In this document: piece after piece, positions 1 through 7,768 of the stretch
How the letters are laid out: every line of letters starts with the position of its first letter
How positions within the stretch are numbered: position 1 is the first letter of the stretch
Origin: a virus
Taxonomy: Duplodnaviria; Caudoviricetes
Strand: one strand, 5' to 3'
DNA length: 38,961 nt
Virus record (IMG/VR): IMGVR_UViG_3300050160_000034
Coordinates: 1 to 38,961 of that record
Program-made: the position numbers and the translations under genes
Notes under the pieces: generated by a model
Seen by the model: only the letters and a program-made list of their open reading frames with translations
What the model was told of the DNA's origin: nothing
Databases searched by the model: none

Positions 1-284
1 TGATTAATCTTGTTGACGATTGTGCGCAATGCTGAATCATCGAAACTCACACCGCGCTTTCTTGATAAGTCTTGCCAGTAGTCGCACCAAGCTAACAATG
101 CTGGCGCTACTTGATACAATTCACCGTTTGCGCTGTACATCACCACATCACCTTTAGCATCAAGTACAGTGCCGTTATCAATCATCATCATTAAGCGGTC
201 TATTTGCTCAAAGTCGTTATGGGCTACGATTAGCTTTGGCACTCGCAATGCTTTTGGCTTGTAGGCTTTGTTACGTTTTTTCAT
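1..284 (-). CDS. Hypothetical nin-region protein (runs off window start)
   Basis: Hand translation from ATG at 284: MKKRNKAYKPKALRVPKLIVAHNDFEQIDRL..., open to base 1; ATGA overlap with the stop of the upstream gene. Confidence 0.75.
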   Translation of the reverse strand, partial: MKKRNKAYKPKALRVPKLIVAHNDFEQIDRLMMMIDNGTVLDAKGDVVMYSANGELYQVAPALLAWCDYWQDLSRKRGVSFDDSALRTIVNKIN

Positions 285-649
285 ACTGTTTCATCCCAAT
301 AAAAACCATGCTCAATGCCATATCTCAAAACTGCGTCTTGTACTTCTGCCGCTTTCTGCGTATCAAGACTGCTGAAATGACCGCCTTTTCTAATCTCGTT
401 TCCTTCTAAGTCAGTCGTGAAAACTGGGTTAAATTTGTACATTAAAATGTCATAGGCAAAATCTGCGTCATATCCAAAGTGCTTGCCAAAGTCGCTTGCA
501 TAAGCCCTAATCCATTTATTCTGTTGGATTGTTCTCTTACTTTTCCACGCCTTGACTTCAACCTTGAAACGCTTAGTCGGGTCTAGGTTTTTCAGCTTTG
601 TGATAAGCGCATCGTGATTGTTTTGGAATAAGCAATATTCAAGATTCAT
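281..649 (-). CDS. NinB/Orf-like recombination protein
   Basis: KRTIQQNKWI motif, C-terminal SSLDTQKAAE helix, position downstream of replication genes. Confidence 0.7.
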   Translation of the reverse strand: MNLEYCLFQNNHDALITKLKNLDPTKRFKVEVKAWKSKRTIQQNKWIRAYASDFGKHFGYDADFAYDILMYKFNPVFTTDLEGNEIRKGGHFSSLDTQKAAEVQDAVLRYGIEHGFYWDETV

Positions 650-837
650 TTAACATTCCTTTCAAAATACTTAATGGCTTCATCAAAACTTTCCATACCT
701 TGCTTAATCACTTTCACTGGTTGCAACTGCCATAATTCATAACTCCAGCCGCTTTTAGTCTGCACCTTGCAAATGCTTTGATTGCCATTGATGCGCGCAT
801 AGTTGCCCCATGCTTTCCAGTTATTCGCACTCACCAC
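646..837 (-). CDS. Hypothetical protein
   Basis: 63-aa ORF overlapping both neighbours. Confidence 0.65.
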   Translation of the reverse strand: MVSANNWKAWGNYARINGNQSICKVQTKSGWSYELWQLQPVKVIKQGMESFDEAIKYFERNVK

Positions 838-1174
838 TCGCTTTCAAAATGCACACAGTTTTCACGCTGCCATCACGCACCACGCTACCGTTTAACATGC
901 TGATAATGATTAGCTCGCTTTTCTGCTTCTCATACATCGCGTTATTTGCAATTTGCCGCGCTTTAGCAACACTTTCTGCGCTGGTTGATGTAATGCCATC
1001 AATCTCGTTAGAAAACTTCAACACGATGCACAGCGCGATAATGGCGATGGTTAAAACGATTAGGTAATAGTCGCTTACTGCTAATCTGCCAGAAAAAGCG
1101 TATTTAGCTTTGCGATGGCTTCGGCTTAAGCGAAGAATGGTGAAATAGGTAGATAGCTTTTGAAAGATGTTCAT
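821..1174 (-). CDS. Single-pass membrane protein
   Basis: Likely start MNIFQKL at 1174 (GAGG upstream, ATGA overlap); hydrophobic segment YYLIVLTIAIIALCIVL. Confidence 0.7.
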   Translation of the reverse strand: MNIFQKLSTYFTILRLSRSHRKAKYAFSGRLAVSDYYLIVLTIAIIALCIVLKFSNEIDGITSTSAESVAKARQIANNAMYEKQKSELIIISMLNGSVVRDGSVKTVCILKASGECE

Positions 1175-1611
1175 TCTGTAACCTCTCTTGTGTCGGTAAT
1201 GTATAGCGCCTGTTTTGCATATTTCACTGCAATATCCAAGTAGGCTGATTGATTTGCCATGATGCGTTTGGCCCATGCTTTGTGGTCTGTTTTAGGCTGT
1301 AAGCCAGCAGATACAAGTTGGTTAATTTTCTGCAATCCTGCTTGCTGTATATCCTCATCACGTACCACACCAAGAGCACGATGAAAATCAGCTTTAGGCG
1401 CACAAGCTTTTATGATGTCTTTAATCGTTGGCAGTTGGTCTGTAGTGATCAGCCAGTTATCAAATGCGCTCTCGACTGTGCCTAGTGGGAAGTGTTGCAA
1501 CTTGTTAAACCAATAACGCTTTGTTTCCTTGTCAACTGGCTGACGATGGTTTGATTGCCACACCACATCCATCATTGTTGAAAATGCATTCCTGTCTTGT
1601 TCGTAAATCAT
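1171..1611 (-). CDS. Replication protein P-position gene (helicase loader/inhibitor-like)
   Basis: Start MIYEQD coupled to the initiator stop (TGATG); VESAFDNW...PTIKDI pattern; lies directly after the initiator. Confidence 0.6.
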   Translation of the reverse strand: MIYEQDRNAFSTMMDVVWQSNHRQPVDKETKRYWFNKLQHFPLGTVESAFDNWLITTDQLPTIKDIIKACAPKADFHRALGVVRDEDIQQAGLQKINQLVSAGLQPKTDHKAWAKRIMANQSAYLDIAVKYAKQALYITDTREVTE

Positions 1612-2306
1612 CAGAACGGTATCCCTTCTGCTGTTGGCTCGTCTTGCCATCTGCCTTCGTTGATGTAAGTTGTTGGATTTGGAATAAATTGACCTGAATT
1701 TTTAGTCCACTGTTCGGATTCTTTCTGCCATCTCAAAGCATTCAAAACATGGTCAACTTTTGGCTTTTTCTTTTTCCATGCAATCACGGCTTTGTCTTTT
1801 CCGACTTTTTTCGGGTAAGCATTCCAAAATTCATCGAATCCGTCATCTAGCGCACTTGTGCGCGATATGGTTTTAATAATGGTTAATGGTTTATGGTTAT
1901 TGGTTAATGGTTTATGGTTAGGTGGCGCTTCGTTTACGTCTTGTGCACGTTTCGTGCTATCTTCTGCACGTTTCGTGCTTTTTTCTTTACGCTTCGTTTC
2001 TCTTTCAATTGCGATAGTTTTGTTTTTATCTGCTTTCGCGTGATACTCTAAAAGCTCTTGCAATATCCTGTCTTGAACGTATTTGCCGTCAGCAGTTAAG
2101 GTAAAAAATCGGTTTAAAACAAACTTTACAGCTTCAATTTCTTCAGTTGTTGATGCCCATGTCCACTCAATGGCTTCATCTAAAGTGGGGAACTCTTCAC
2201 GGTCATAACACGCATCAATCAAGAGCGTGTACGAACCGTGCTGAAGCATTGATAATCTGCCAGCTTTTTTAGCGTAATCGCCTAAGTTTCGTTTGTAGTA
2301 ATGCAT
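1611..2306 (-). CDS. Phage replication initiator (YdaU/DUF1376 family, O-like)
   Basis: MHYYKRNLGDY...HGSYTLLID.CY N-terminus; FDEFWNAYPKKVGK...PTTYINEGRWQDE C-terminal domain; internal iteron-like repeats. Confidence 0.88.
   Translation of the reverse strand: MHYYKRNLGDYAKKAGRLSMLQHGSYTLLIDACYDREEFPTLDEAIEWTWASTTEEIEAVKFVLNRFFTLTADGKYVQDRILQELLEYHAKADKNKTIAIERETKRKEKSTKRAEDSTKRAQDVNEAPPNHKPLTNNHKPLTIIKTISRTSALDDGFDEFWNAYPKKVGKDKAVIAWKKKKPKVDHVLNALRWQKESEQWTKNSGQFIPNPTTYINEGRWQDEPTAEGIPF
1880..1978. repeat. Replication origin iterons inside the initiator gene
   Basis: About six tandem 7-mers TGGTTAA/TGGTTTA/TGGTTAT (1880-1921), plus two GCACG-TTT-CGTGC palindromes at 1945-1957 and 1966-1978 (21-bp period). 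Confidence 0.75.
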
Positions 2307-2662
2307 TAAGCAGCGCGCCTTGCTTGTATCTGTTCTAGTGATGTTGTCTGTGTCAGTTTCGATAAGTATTGAGTAACCGCACGATTGCCAGTGATAGCTT
2401 CAAAAGTTGCAATAAAGTCTGCTTTTAAATCCATTGGGGATTTAGTAAACTCATTTACTGCGCGGCTAAAATGTGATGGTGTGTAACCGAAGTTGCTACA
2501 TATCCATGACTGCAATGTTTTATCGTTCATGCCGTAACCATCGCGCCTGTTAGTCCATGACCACAAGACTGCATCACGGTATGTTGCAAATAAATCAACT
2601 TGAGAATCGTCAATATAAACAGCGTCTTTTAAGCTGAATAAACCGCCAAAATCCTTTTGCAT
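2306..2662 (-). CDS. CII-position transcriptional regulator
   Basis: Between cro and initiator; HTH-like TPSHFSRAVN and GNRAVTQYL motifs. Confidence 0.65.
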   Translation of the reverse strand: MQKDFGGLFSLKDAVYIDDSQVDLFATYRDAVLWSWTNRRDGYGMNDKTLQSWICSNFGYTPSHFSRAVNEFTKSPMDLKADFIATFEAITGNRAVTQYLSKLTQTTSLEQIQARRAA

Positions 2663-2733
2663 ATCAACTCCTTAAAGTTTTTTGTAACATTTGTAACGAA
2701 ATTACAGGTCGCGTTACAGGTCGAAATTTGCGT

Positions 2734-2760
2734 AAAAAAATCACACCAGTTAAGGTGTGA
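2734..2760 (-). terminator. tR1-like intrinsic terminator after cro
   Basis: TCACACC-AGTTAA-GGTGTGA hairpin followed by a T-run on the minus strand. Confidence 0.7.
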
Positions 2761-2765
2761 GCAAG

Positions 2766-2942
2766 TTACTTATTGAAGTAGTTATAAAGTTTTTGCATGT
2801 GGTCAATGCCAGGATTAGAAATAACGCCTTGACCGATTTTCAAAAGTGTTGGATATGGAATATCAAGCTCTTTAGAAATTACGCGCAAACTTCCGCTGCT
2901 TTCTTTAAGTTTGTTTAATACAAATGATTTAATGTTTGTCAT
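2766..2942 (-). CDS. cro: Cro-like HTH repressor (58 aa)
   Basis: SLRVISKELDIPYPTLLKIGQGVISNPGID HTH; divergent from cI; ATG at 2942. Confidence 0.8.
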   Translation of the reverse strand: MTNIKSFVLNKLKESSGSLRVISKELDIPYPTLLKIGQGVISNPGIDHMQKLYNYFNK

Positions 2943-2949
2943 GTGAAAT

Positions 2950-2991
2950 ATTAAACCATAAACGGTTTGATAAGTCAACCACAAAAGGTTT
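2950..2991 (-). promoter_or_regulatory. PR-type promoter with two operators
   Basis: Minus strand TTGACT-17-TTTAAT with TGn; palindromes AAACCATAAACGGTTT (2953-2968) and CAACCACAAAAGGTTT (2976-2991). Confidence 0.85.
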
Positions 2992-3013
2992 GATAGATGA
3001 GAGATAATACCGA

Positions 3014-3337
3014 ATGGCTAAGACTATGAAGATTCGTGCAGTTTTAGCCGCCAATTTAAAAGTATTGATGGCGGCTAATAATCATTCACAAGGCGATGTG
3101 CATCGGCATACTGGCATCGCGCAGAGCAGTATTGGGCGCATTATTAATATGCAAGTTGACGCAACTATAGGAACGCTTGAAAGCATTGCAGATCTATATC
3201 ATTTGCAAGCATGGCAGTTGCTTGTACAAGACTTTGACCATACAAACCCACCTATGCTTAAACAAATTTCAGATAAAGAGAAAGAGTTTTACGATAAAAT
3301 AAAACTTGCAGCAAAAGAGATTGCTAAATTTCAATAA
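3014..3337 (+). CDS. cI: CI-like XRE repressor without S24 peptidase domain
   Basis: SQGDVHRHTGIAQSSIGRII...ATIGTLESIA HTH; divergent from cro; only 107 aa. Confidence 0.85.
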   Translation: MAKTMKIRAVLAANLKVLMAANNHSQGDVHRHTGIAQSSIGRIINMQVDATIGTLESIADLYHLQAWQLLVQDFDHTNPPMLKQISDKEKEFYDKIKLAAKEIAKFQ

Positions 3338-3346
3338 GGGCAAATA

Positions 3347-3661
3347 ATGGAAATATTTATAATTTGGTTTGGATTGAGTTTAATTGCTGGCTATGTAGGT
3401 GGCAATAAAGGGCATAGTGGCGTTGCATTTTTTTTATTGTCGTTGATACTTTCGCCTTTAATTGGTTTAGTGTGGGCTATAGTGGCAAAGGATATTCGAG
3501 AAGAAAACGCCCTTAAAGGCGGTGACATGAAAAAATGCCCGTCATGTGCTGAACTAATAAAATCAGAAGCGATAAAATGTAAGCATTGCGGTGAAACATT
3601 TAGCCAGGATAAGAACGATGAACAACTCAACAACCTTATTAACACTGTTAAAAGTAAGTAG
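3347..3661 (+). CDS. Membrane protein with C-terminal zinc ribbon
   Basis: Two hydrophobic helices, then KKCPSCAELIKSEAIKCKHCG. Confidence 0.85.
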   Translation: MEIFIIWFGLSLIAGYVGGNKGHSGVAFFLLSLILSPLIGLVWAIVAKDIREENALKGGDMKKCPSCAELIKSEAIKCKHCGETFSQDKNDEQLNNLINTVKSK

Positions 3662-3908
3662 CTTAATACTTTGCTTAACTTTTAATACAGCCTATGCCGA
3701 AAGCAAACGAAGTTACAAAGCAAAGAAAGCATTTAAAATAGAAAACCCATGCCCTGCTACTGGCAGAACAAAAGGTTCATGCCCTGATTACATCATTGAC
3801 CACATAAACCCACTTGCCTGCGGTGGTGCTGACCATCCATCAAATATGCAATGGCAGACTAAAGAAGATGCCAAGCAAAAAGATAAATGGGAACGCATAA
3901 ACTGCTAA
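3618..3908 (+). CDS. Exported HNH endonuclease (signal peptide)
   Basis: ATG 3618 with AGGA upstream; signal peptide ending AYA; IDHINPLACGGADHPSNMQWQ HNH motif. Confidence 0.82.
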   Translation: MNNSTTLLTLLKVSSLILCLTFNTAYAESKRSYKAKKAFKIENPCPATGRTKGSCPDYIIDHINPLACGGADHPSNMQWQTKEDAKQKDKWERINC

Positions 3909-3926
3909 ATTAAGTAAACCGCTCAC

Positions 3927-3950
3927 AACCGCCTATTTGGCGGTTTTTTT
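3927..3950 (+). terminator. Intrinsic terminator of the cI operon
   Basis: AACCGCC-TATTT-GGCGGTT followed by a T-run. Confidence 0.9.
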
Positions 3951-3988
3951 CGCCTAAATTAATTATTTTGCAAAAACTCGTCAAAACT

Positions 3989-4030
3989 AAACCTTTTATG
4001 GTTGACACACTAAACCGTTTATGGTTTAAT
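3989..4030 (+). promoter_or_regulatory. PL-type promoter with two operators
   Basis: TTGACA (4002-4007)-17-TTTAAT (4025-4030); operators AAACCTTTTATGGTTG and AAACCGTTTATGGTTT match the reverse complements of the PR pair (1 and 0 mismatches). Confidence 0.88.
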
Positions 4031-4230
4031 ACACACATCAACGAAACATTGTTGAAACCGAATGAAGGCGAATGGAACGGATGCTTTAGGGCTAACAAGT
4101 ACGCGGTGCAAGGTAATACAGAACACAAGGGAGTAACAGAACACTTTATCTCCTCCGAGATGTGAGAAGCCAGCTTTGATGCACTTAGGTGTTATGGCGA
4201 TTAATCAAAGTAATTTTTAAAGGATTTAAT

Positions 4231-4434
4231 ATGAATAAAAAATTTGTAGCTCTTGATGCAGAAACCAGAACATCAATAACGACTGATGAAGCCGCATTTC
4301 ATTTAAACCGAAAAGCGCAAACATTGAGAACATGGGCTTGTTTTGGAATTGGCCCAATTAAACCAGTAAGAATAAATGGGCGCTTATCTTGGAAAGTATC
4401 AGACATTAAATCATTGCTCAATGGCGACATTTAA
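4231..4434 (+). CDS. Xis/AlpA-like (HTH_17-type) DNA-binding protein
   Basis: ITTDEAAFHLNRKAQTLRTWAC...RINGRLSWKVSDI winged helix; AAGGA RBS. Confidence 0.85.
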   Translation: MNKKFVALDAETRTSITTDEAAFHLNRKAQTLRTWACFGIGPIKPVRINGRLSWKVSDIKSLLNGDI

Positions 4435-4612
4435 AGCAATGCGTATTAGTGACGATGACAACTTAGATATACCAGACACACAAGGCTATTTTGTCGTGCC
4501 TACTGAAGCGCAAAAGAAAGAAAGCGAAAGAATTATGAATAGTCTTGATTGGCTTGCTAAACATGAAGCCGCCATCGCAAATATGTACACAAATTATAGG
4601 ACAGGCAAATGA
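4421..4612 (+). CDS. Hypothetical protein
   Basis: Probable start MATFKAM; part of an overlapping early operon. Confidence 0.6.
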   Translation: MATFKAMRISDDDNLDIPDTQGYFVVPTEAQKKESERIMNSLDWLAKHEAAIANMYTNYRTGK

Positions 4613-4800
4613 ACGGATTAGCGGTATTTAACAAAACACCTCACGGATGGAAGCTAGACAGATTCGTAAGTATTGACTGGCTTAAATTCAATCGCGCAAT
4701 AGAGGTAAATGTAGGGCGCTTAGTGGTTAAAGGCGACTTCAAGCAGATGCCTAAAAATGGCGCATTTTGCAAACGACCACATAAATTGATTTGGGGCTAA
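4609..4800 (+). CDS. Hypothetical protein
   Basis: ATGA overlap with upstream gene, 63 aa. Confidence 0.65.
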   Translation: MNGLAVFNKTPHGWKLDRFVSIDWLKFNRAIEVNVGRLVVKGDFKQMPKNGAFCKRPHKLIWG

Positions 4801-4803
4801 AAG

Positions 4804-5454
4804 ATGGCAAATTTTGAAATAAAACACAGATACACCGATAACGTGCTGTTTGCATGTGAAGCTGAAAATATGCGCGATGCGGTTCAGCAAGCTGTTAATA
4901 GTGACGCTAACCTTATTGGCGCTAACCTTCGTGGCGCTAACCTTATTGGCGCTAACCTTCGTGGCGCTAACCTTATTGGCGCTAACCTTATTGGCGCTAA
5001 CTTTAGTGACGCTAACCTTATTGGCGCTAACCTTATTGACGCTAACCTTATTGGCGCTAACCTTAGTGGCGCTTACCTTCGTGGCGCTAACCTTAGTGAC
5101 GCTAACCTTCGTGACGCTAACTTTAGTGACGCTAACCTTATTGGCGCTAACTTTAGTGACGCTAACCTTATTGGCGCTAACCTTATTGGCGCTAACCTTC
5201 GTGGCGAAATTTTAGCGATTGCACCAATCACTATATGCGGTATTTACTGGAATGTGCTTATCACTGAAAGCTATCTAACCATCGGTTGCCAGCGCCATAC
5301 ACATGAAGAATGGAAAGCGTTTGATGATGAAAATATCGCAGAAATGCACAGCAAAGCAAACGAGTTTTGGACTGCCAATAAATCATGGCTACTAGGTGCT
5401 TGTAAGTCACACAAAAAAGCATCACTAGCGCATAGAAAAACAAACGAGGTTTAA
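4804..5454 (+). CDS. Pentapeptide-repeat protein
   Basis: 20 A(N/Y)(L/F)(I/R/S)(G/D) repeats, then an IGCQRH..EEW..F C-terminal domain. Confidence 0.93.
   Translation: MANFEIKHRYTDNVLFACEAENMRDAVQQAVNSDANLIGANLRGANLIGANLRGANLIGANLIGANFSDANLIGANLIDANLIGANLSGAYLRGANLSDANLRDANFSDANLIGANFSDANLIGANLIGANLRGEILAIAPITICGIYWNVLITESYLTIGCQRHTHEEWKAFDDENIAEMHSKANEFWTANKSWLLGACKSHKKASLAHRKTNEV
4906..5205 (+). repeat. Coding tandem repeat, 20 x 15 bp
   Basis: Unit GCTAAC(C/T)TT(ATT/CGT/AGT)G(G/A)C. Confidence 0.95.
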
Positions 5455-5456
5455 TC

Positions 5457-5627
5457 ATGAAAAACCAATACATCAGCAGATACGCAAAACACGATACGCA
5501 CTTTAACCGCACTGACCAGTGGAAACTAGCCAGCTTTGCAGAAGAAGAAAATTCTAGCCCATTGTGGATTATTGCAGGGATTACAGGCTTATGTCTTGTG
5601 TTGCTGACTGCGTGTGGATTAGTTTAA
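5457..5627 (+). CDS. Small tail-anchored membrane protein (56 aa, not in ORF track)
   Basis: Hand translation MKNQYISRY...PLWIIAGITGLCLVLLTACGLV; GAGG RBS. Confidence 0.7.
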   Translation: MKNQYISRYAKHDTHFNRTDQWKLASFAEEENSSPLWIIAGITGLCLVLLTACGLV

Positions 5628-5638
5628 GAGAGAACATT

Positions 5639-6136
5639 ATGAGCGATAAAAAAACACATTGGAAAGCCTTAGTTAATCCTGATTACATTGGCGCATATTC
5701 ATTGCCTAATGGTGAGGATTTAACCGTAACAATTAAGAGCGTAGCGCGTGAAATTGTCACTATGGCAGGCGGCAAAAAAGAAGAATGTACAGTCGTACAG
5801 CTTGTTAATAATAAGCCATTCATTATTAACGCGACTAACTCTAAATCAATACATCGCTTGTATGGGCCATACATCGAAGAATGGGCAGGCAAGCAGATTA
5901 CTTTACACGCCAGCACAACCAAGTTTGGCGGTGAATTAGTCGAGTGCTTACGAATCAGGCCAGAGGTAGCAAAGGCTAAAAAACAAGCTATTACTGACGA
6001 GCGCCTATTAAAAGCAATTGCATCAATTCAAGAAGGCACATACACAAAAGAGAAATTATTAGAAAACTTTACTTTAACCAGTGAGCAGTTAGCAACACTT
6101 GAAGAAAAACGCGAGGTAGTAAGTGCTGAAAATTAG
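5639..6136 (+). CDS. Putative ssDNA annealing/binding protein of the recombination module
   Basis: Start MSDKKTHWK; immediately precedes exonuclease and ssb; function inferred from position. Confidence 0.55.
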   Translation: MSDKKTHWKALVNPDYIGAYSLPNGEDLTVTIKSVAREIVTMAGGKKEECTVVQLVNNKPFIINATNSKSIHRLYGPYIEEWAGKQITLHASTTKFGGELVECLRIRPEVAKAKKQAITDERLLKAIASIQEGTYTKEKLLENFTLTSEQLATLEEKREVVSAEN

Positions 6137-6752
6137 AGCATCATCGCTTGGTTTAATTATGACCGCGCCAAAAAGTAAAGATGAAGTTTTATCTGTAGGC
6201 GCTAAGACTTACATTAAAAAATTAGCGCGTGAGTTTGTGTATCAATACCAAGAAGATATATCAAGCAAATACATGGATAAAGGCATCATTGTTGAAGATG
6301 CATCAATCGCGCTTTATAACAGCGTGTTCTTTACTGATTACAAGAAAAACACAGAGCGCAAGACTAACGAATGGCTAACTGGTGAATGTGACATTTACAC
6401 AGGTAAAAAGATAATTGATATTAAATCATCATGGTCACTGGCTACGTTCCCATGCCTTAGTGAAGATGGCATTGATAAAAACTACGAATGGCAATTAAGA
6501 GCATATATGATGCTTTGGAATGTAGAAGAAGCAGAATTAGCCTATTGCATGGTAAGCACGCCAGAGGAATTTCTTAAATATGACCAAGAAGATTTGCACT
6601 ACGTTGACCATATTGACGAATCGCTAAGAGTGACAATCACGCCATATAAACGTGACTTGAAACTTGAAGAAGATATAAAAACAAAGTGTGAAGCAGCACA
6701 GCAATATTTTAACGAAATTTTAGAGCGCATAGCTTTAGAACATAACCACTAA
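6123..6752 (+). CDS. YqaJ/lambda-exonuclease-like PD-(D/E)XK nuclease
   Basis: RASSL, KGIIVE, GECD...IDIKSSW and YEWQLRAYM motifs. Confidence 0.85.
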   Translation: MLKIRASSLGLIMTAPKSKDEVLSVGAKTYIKKLAREFVYQYQEDISSKYMDKGIIVEDASIALYNSVFFTDYKKNTERKTNEWLTGECDIYTGKKIIDIKSSWSLATFPCLSEDGIDKNYEWQLRAYMMLWNVEEAELAYCMVSTPEEFLKYDQEDLHYVDHIDESLRVTITPYKRDLKLEEDIKTKCEAAQQYFNEILERIALEHNH

Positions 6753-6761
6753 GGAAACATT

Positions 6762-7184
6762 ATGGCAAGTGTAAACAAAGTAATTATTTTAGGTTCATTA
6801 GGCAAAGACCCAGAAGTTCGTTTTATGCCTAACGGTGACGCTGCAGCAAGTTTTAGCATGGCAACCAGTGAAAGCTGGAAAGATAAGCAAGGCGTTAAGC
6901 AAGAAAAGACCGAATGGCATAACGTGGTTGCTTATCGCAAGCTAGCAGAAATCATTGGTGAATATCTCAAGAAAGGTTCGAGTGTTTACATCGAAGGCAA
7001 GCTACAAACACGTAAATGGGAAAAAGACGGTGTAACGCGCTACAGCACAGAAATCATTGCAGACAGTATGCAGATGCTAGGTGGCAAGCAAGACAGCGCA
7101 GATAAGCCTAGTGCAGAGCCTAGTGCAGAGCCTAGCGCGCCTAGTGGTGGATTTGATGACCTACCAGATGACGTGCCTTTTTGA
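6762..7184 (+). CDS. ssb: Single-stranded DNA-binding protein
   Basis: [17 protein letters not shown]...KTEWH...[12 protein letters not shown] and acidic DDVPF tail. Confidence 0.97.
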   Translation: MASVNKVIILGSLGKDPEVRFMPNGDAAASFSMATSESWKDKQGVKQEKTEWHNVVAYRKLAEIIGEYLKKGSSVYIEGKLQTRKWEKDGVTRYSTEIIADSMQMLGGKQDSADKPSAEPSAEPSAPSGGFDDLPDDVPF

Positions 7185-7373
7185 TGAACCCTTGCAAGGC
7201 AGTTAGATAACCGTGATGCACGGGCAAAACGAAGTATCTAGCCTGTAACACATAGAGAATATTGCCTCTATCTCAATGAGGATGAAAGCTCAATCTTTTA
7301 TGTGTTATGGAGTAGGTATTAAATGAGTACCAGACGGTATAAACCAAGAATATACCTTAACAGTGAGGATTGA

Positions 7374-7586
7374 ATGATGAGCGAGCAACTTAAACCTTGT
7401 CCATGCGGCAAAACGCCTAGCAAACTTTTAATAGGTGATGGCAATACGTATAGATGGCGCATTATTTCTGGTGATTGCTGTGGTGAATGGATGATTGAAT
7501 CTAGCAGGATTGAATATCCAATAACTGACGAATCAATAGTGAAGCAATGTACTAACGACTGGAACAACGCAAACAGAAGCGAATGA
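7374..7586 (+). CDS. Lar-like zinc-binding protein
   Basis: LKPCPCG...CCG...WN pattern resembling the restriction-alleviation Lar family. Confidence 0.5.
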   Translation: MMSEQLKPCPCGKTPSKLLIGDGNTYRWRIISGDCCGEWMIESSRIEYPITDESIVKQCTNDWNNANRSE

Positions 7587-7768
7587 TGACCGAACCCCTA
7601 ATAGTATTTGTGCTAACAATCAACCTATCCACCACACAGATAGAGATTGAGTACCCAATGCCAAAGCTATGTGAATATGCAATGAAGCACATTAGGCAGA
7701 ACGCGCAAGTGGTGAGTGTGAGTTGTGAGGCTAGGTTGCAGACGATTAAGAATGGAGTGAGTGAATGA
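7583..7768 (+). CDS. Small hypothetical protein
   Basis: ATGA-coupled, hydrophobic N-terminus, two Cys. Confidence 0.6.
   Translation: MMTEPLIVFVLTINLSTTQIEIEYPMPKLCEYAMKHIRQNAQVVSVSCEARLQTIKNGVSE

Noticed and set aside
4906-5205. Possible CRISPR array
   Set aside because: Contiguous 15-bp coding units with no spacers and no cas genes.
4850-5215. Leu/Thr-rich 121-aa ORF that looks like a membrane protein
   Set aside because: Shadow frame of the 15-bp pentapeptide repeat; open only because the unit has no stop in that frame.
7107-7146. GCCTAGTGCAGA tandem repeats
   Set aside because: Encode PSAE repeats in the disordered SSB linker; ordinary slippage.
7184-7245. c-di-GMP-I riboswitch (GGCAAA) or hammerhead (TGATGA) resemblance
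   Set aside because: The remaining conserved elements (GNRA loop with receptor and GCAAAG; CUGANGA-stem-GAAA) are absent.
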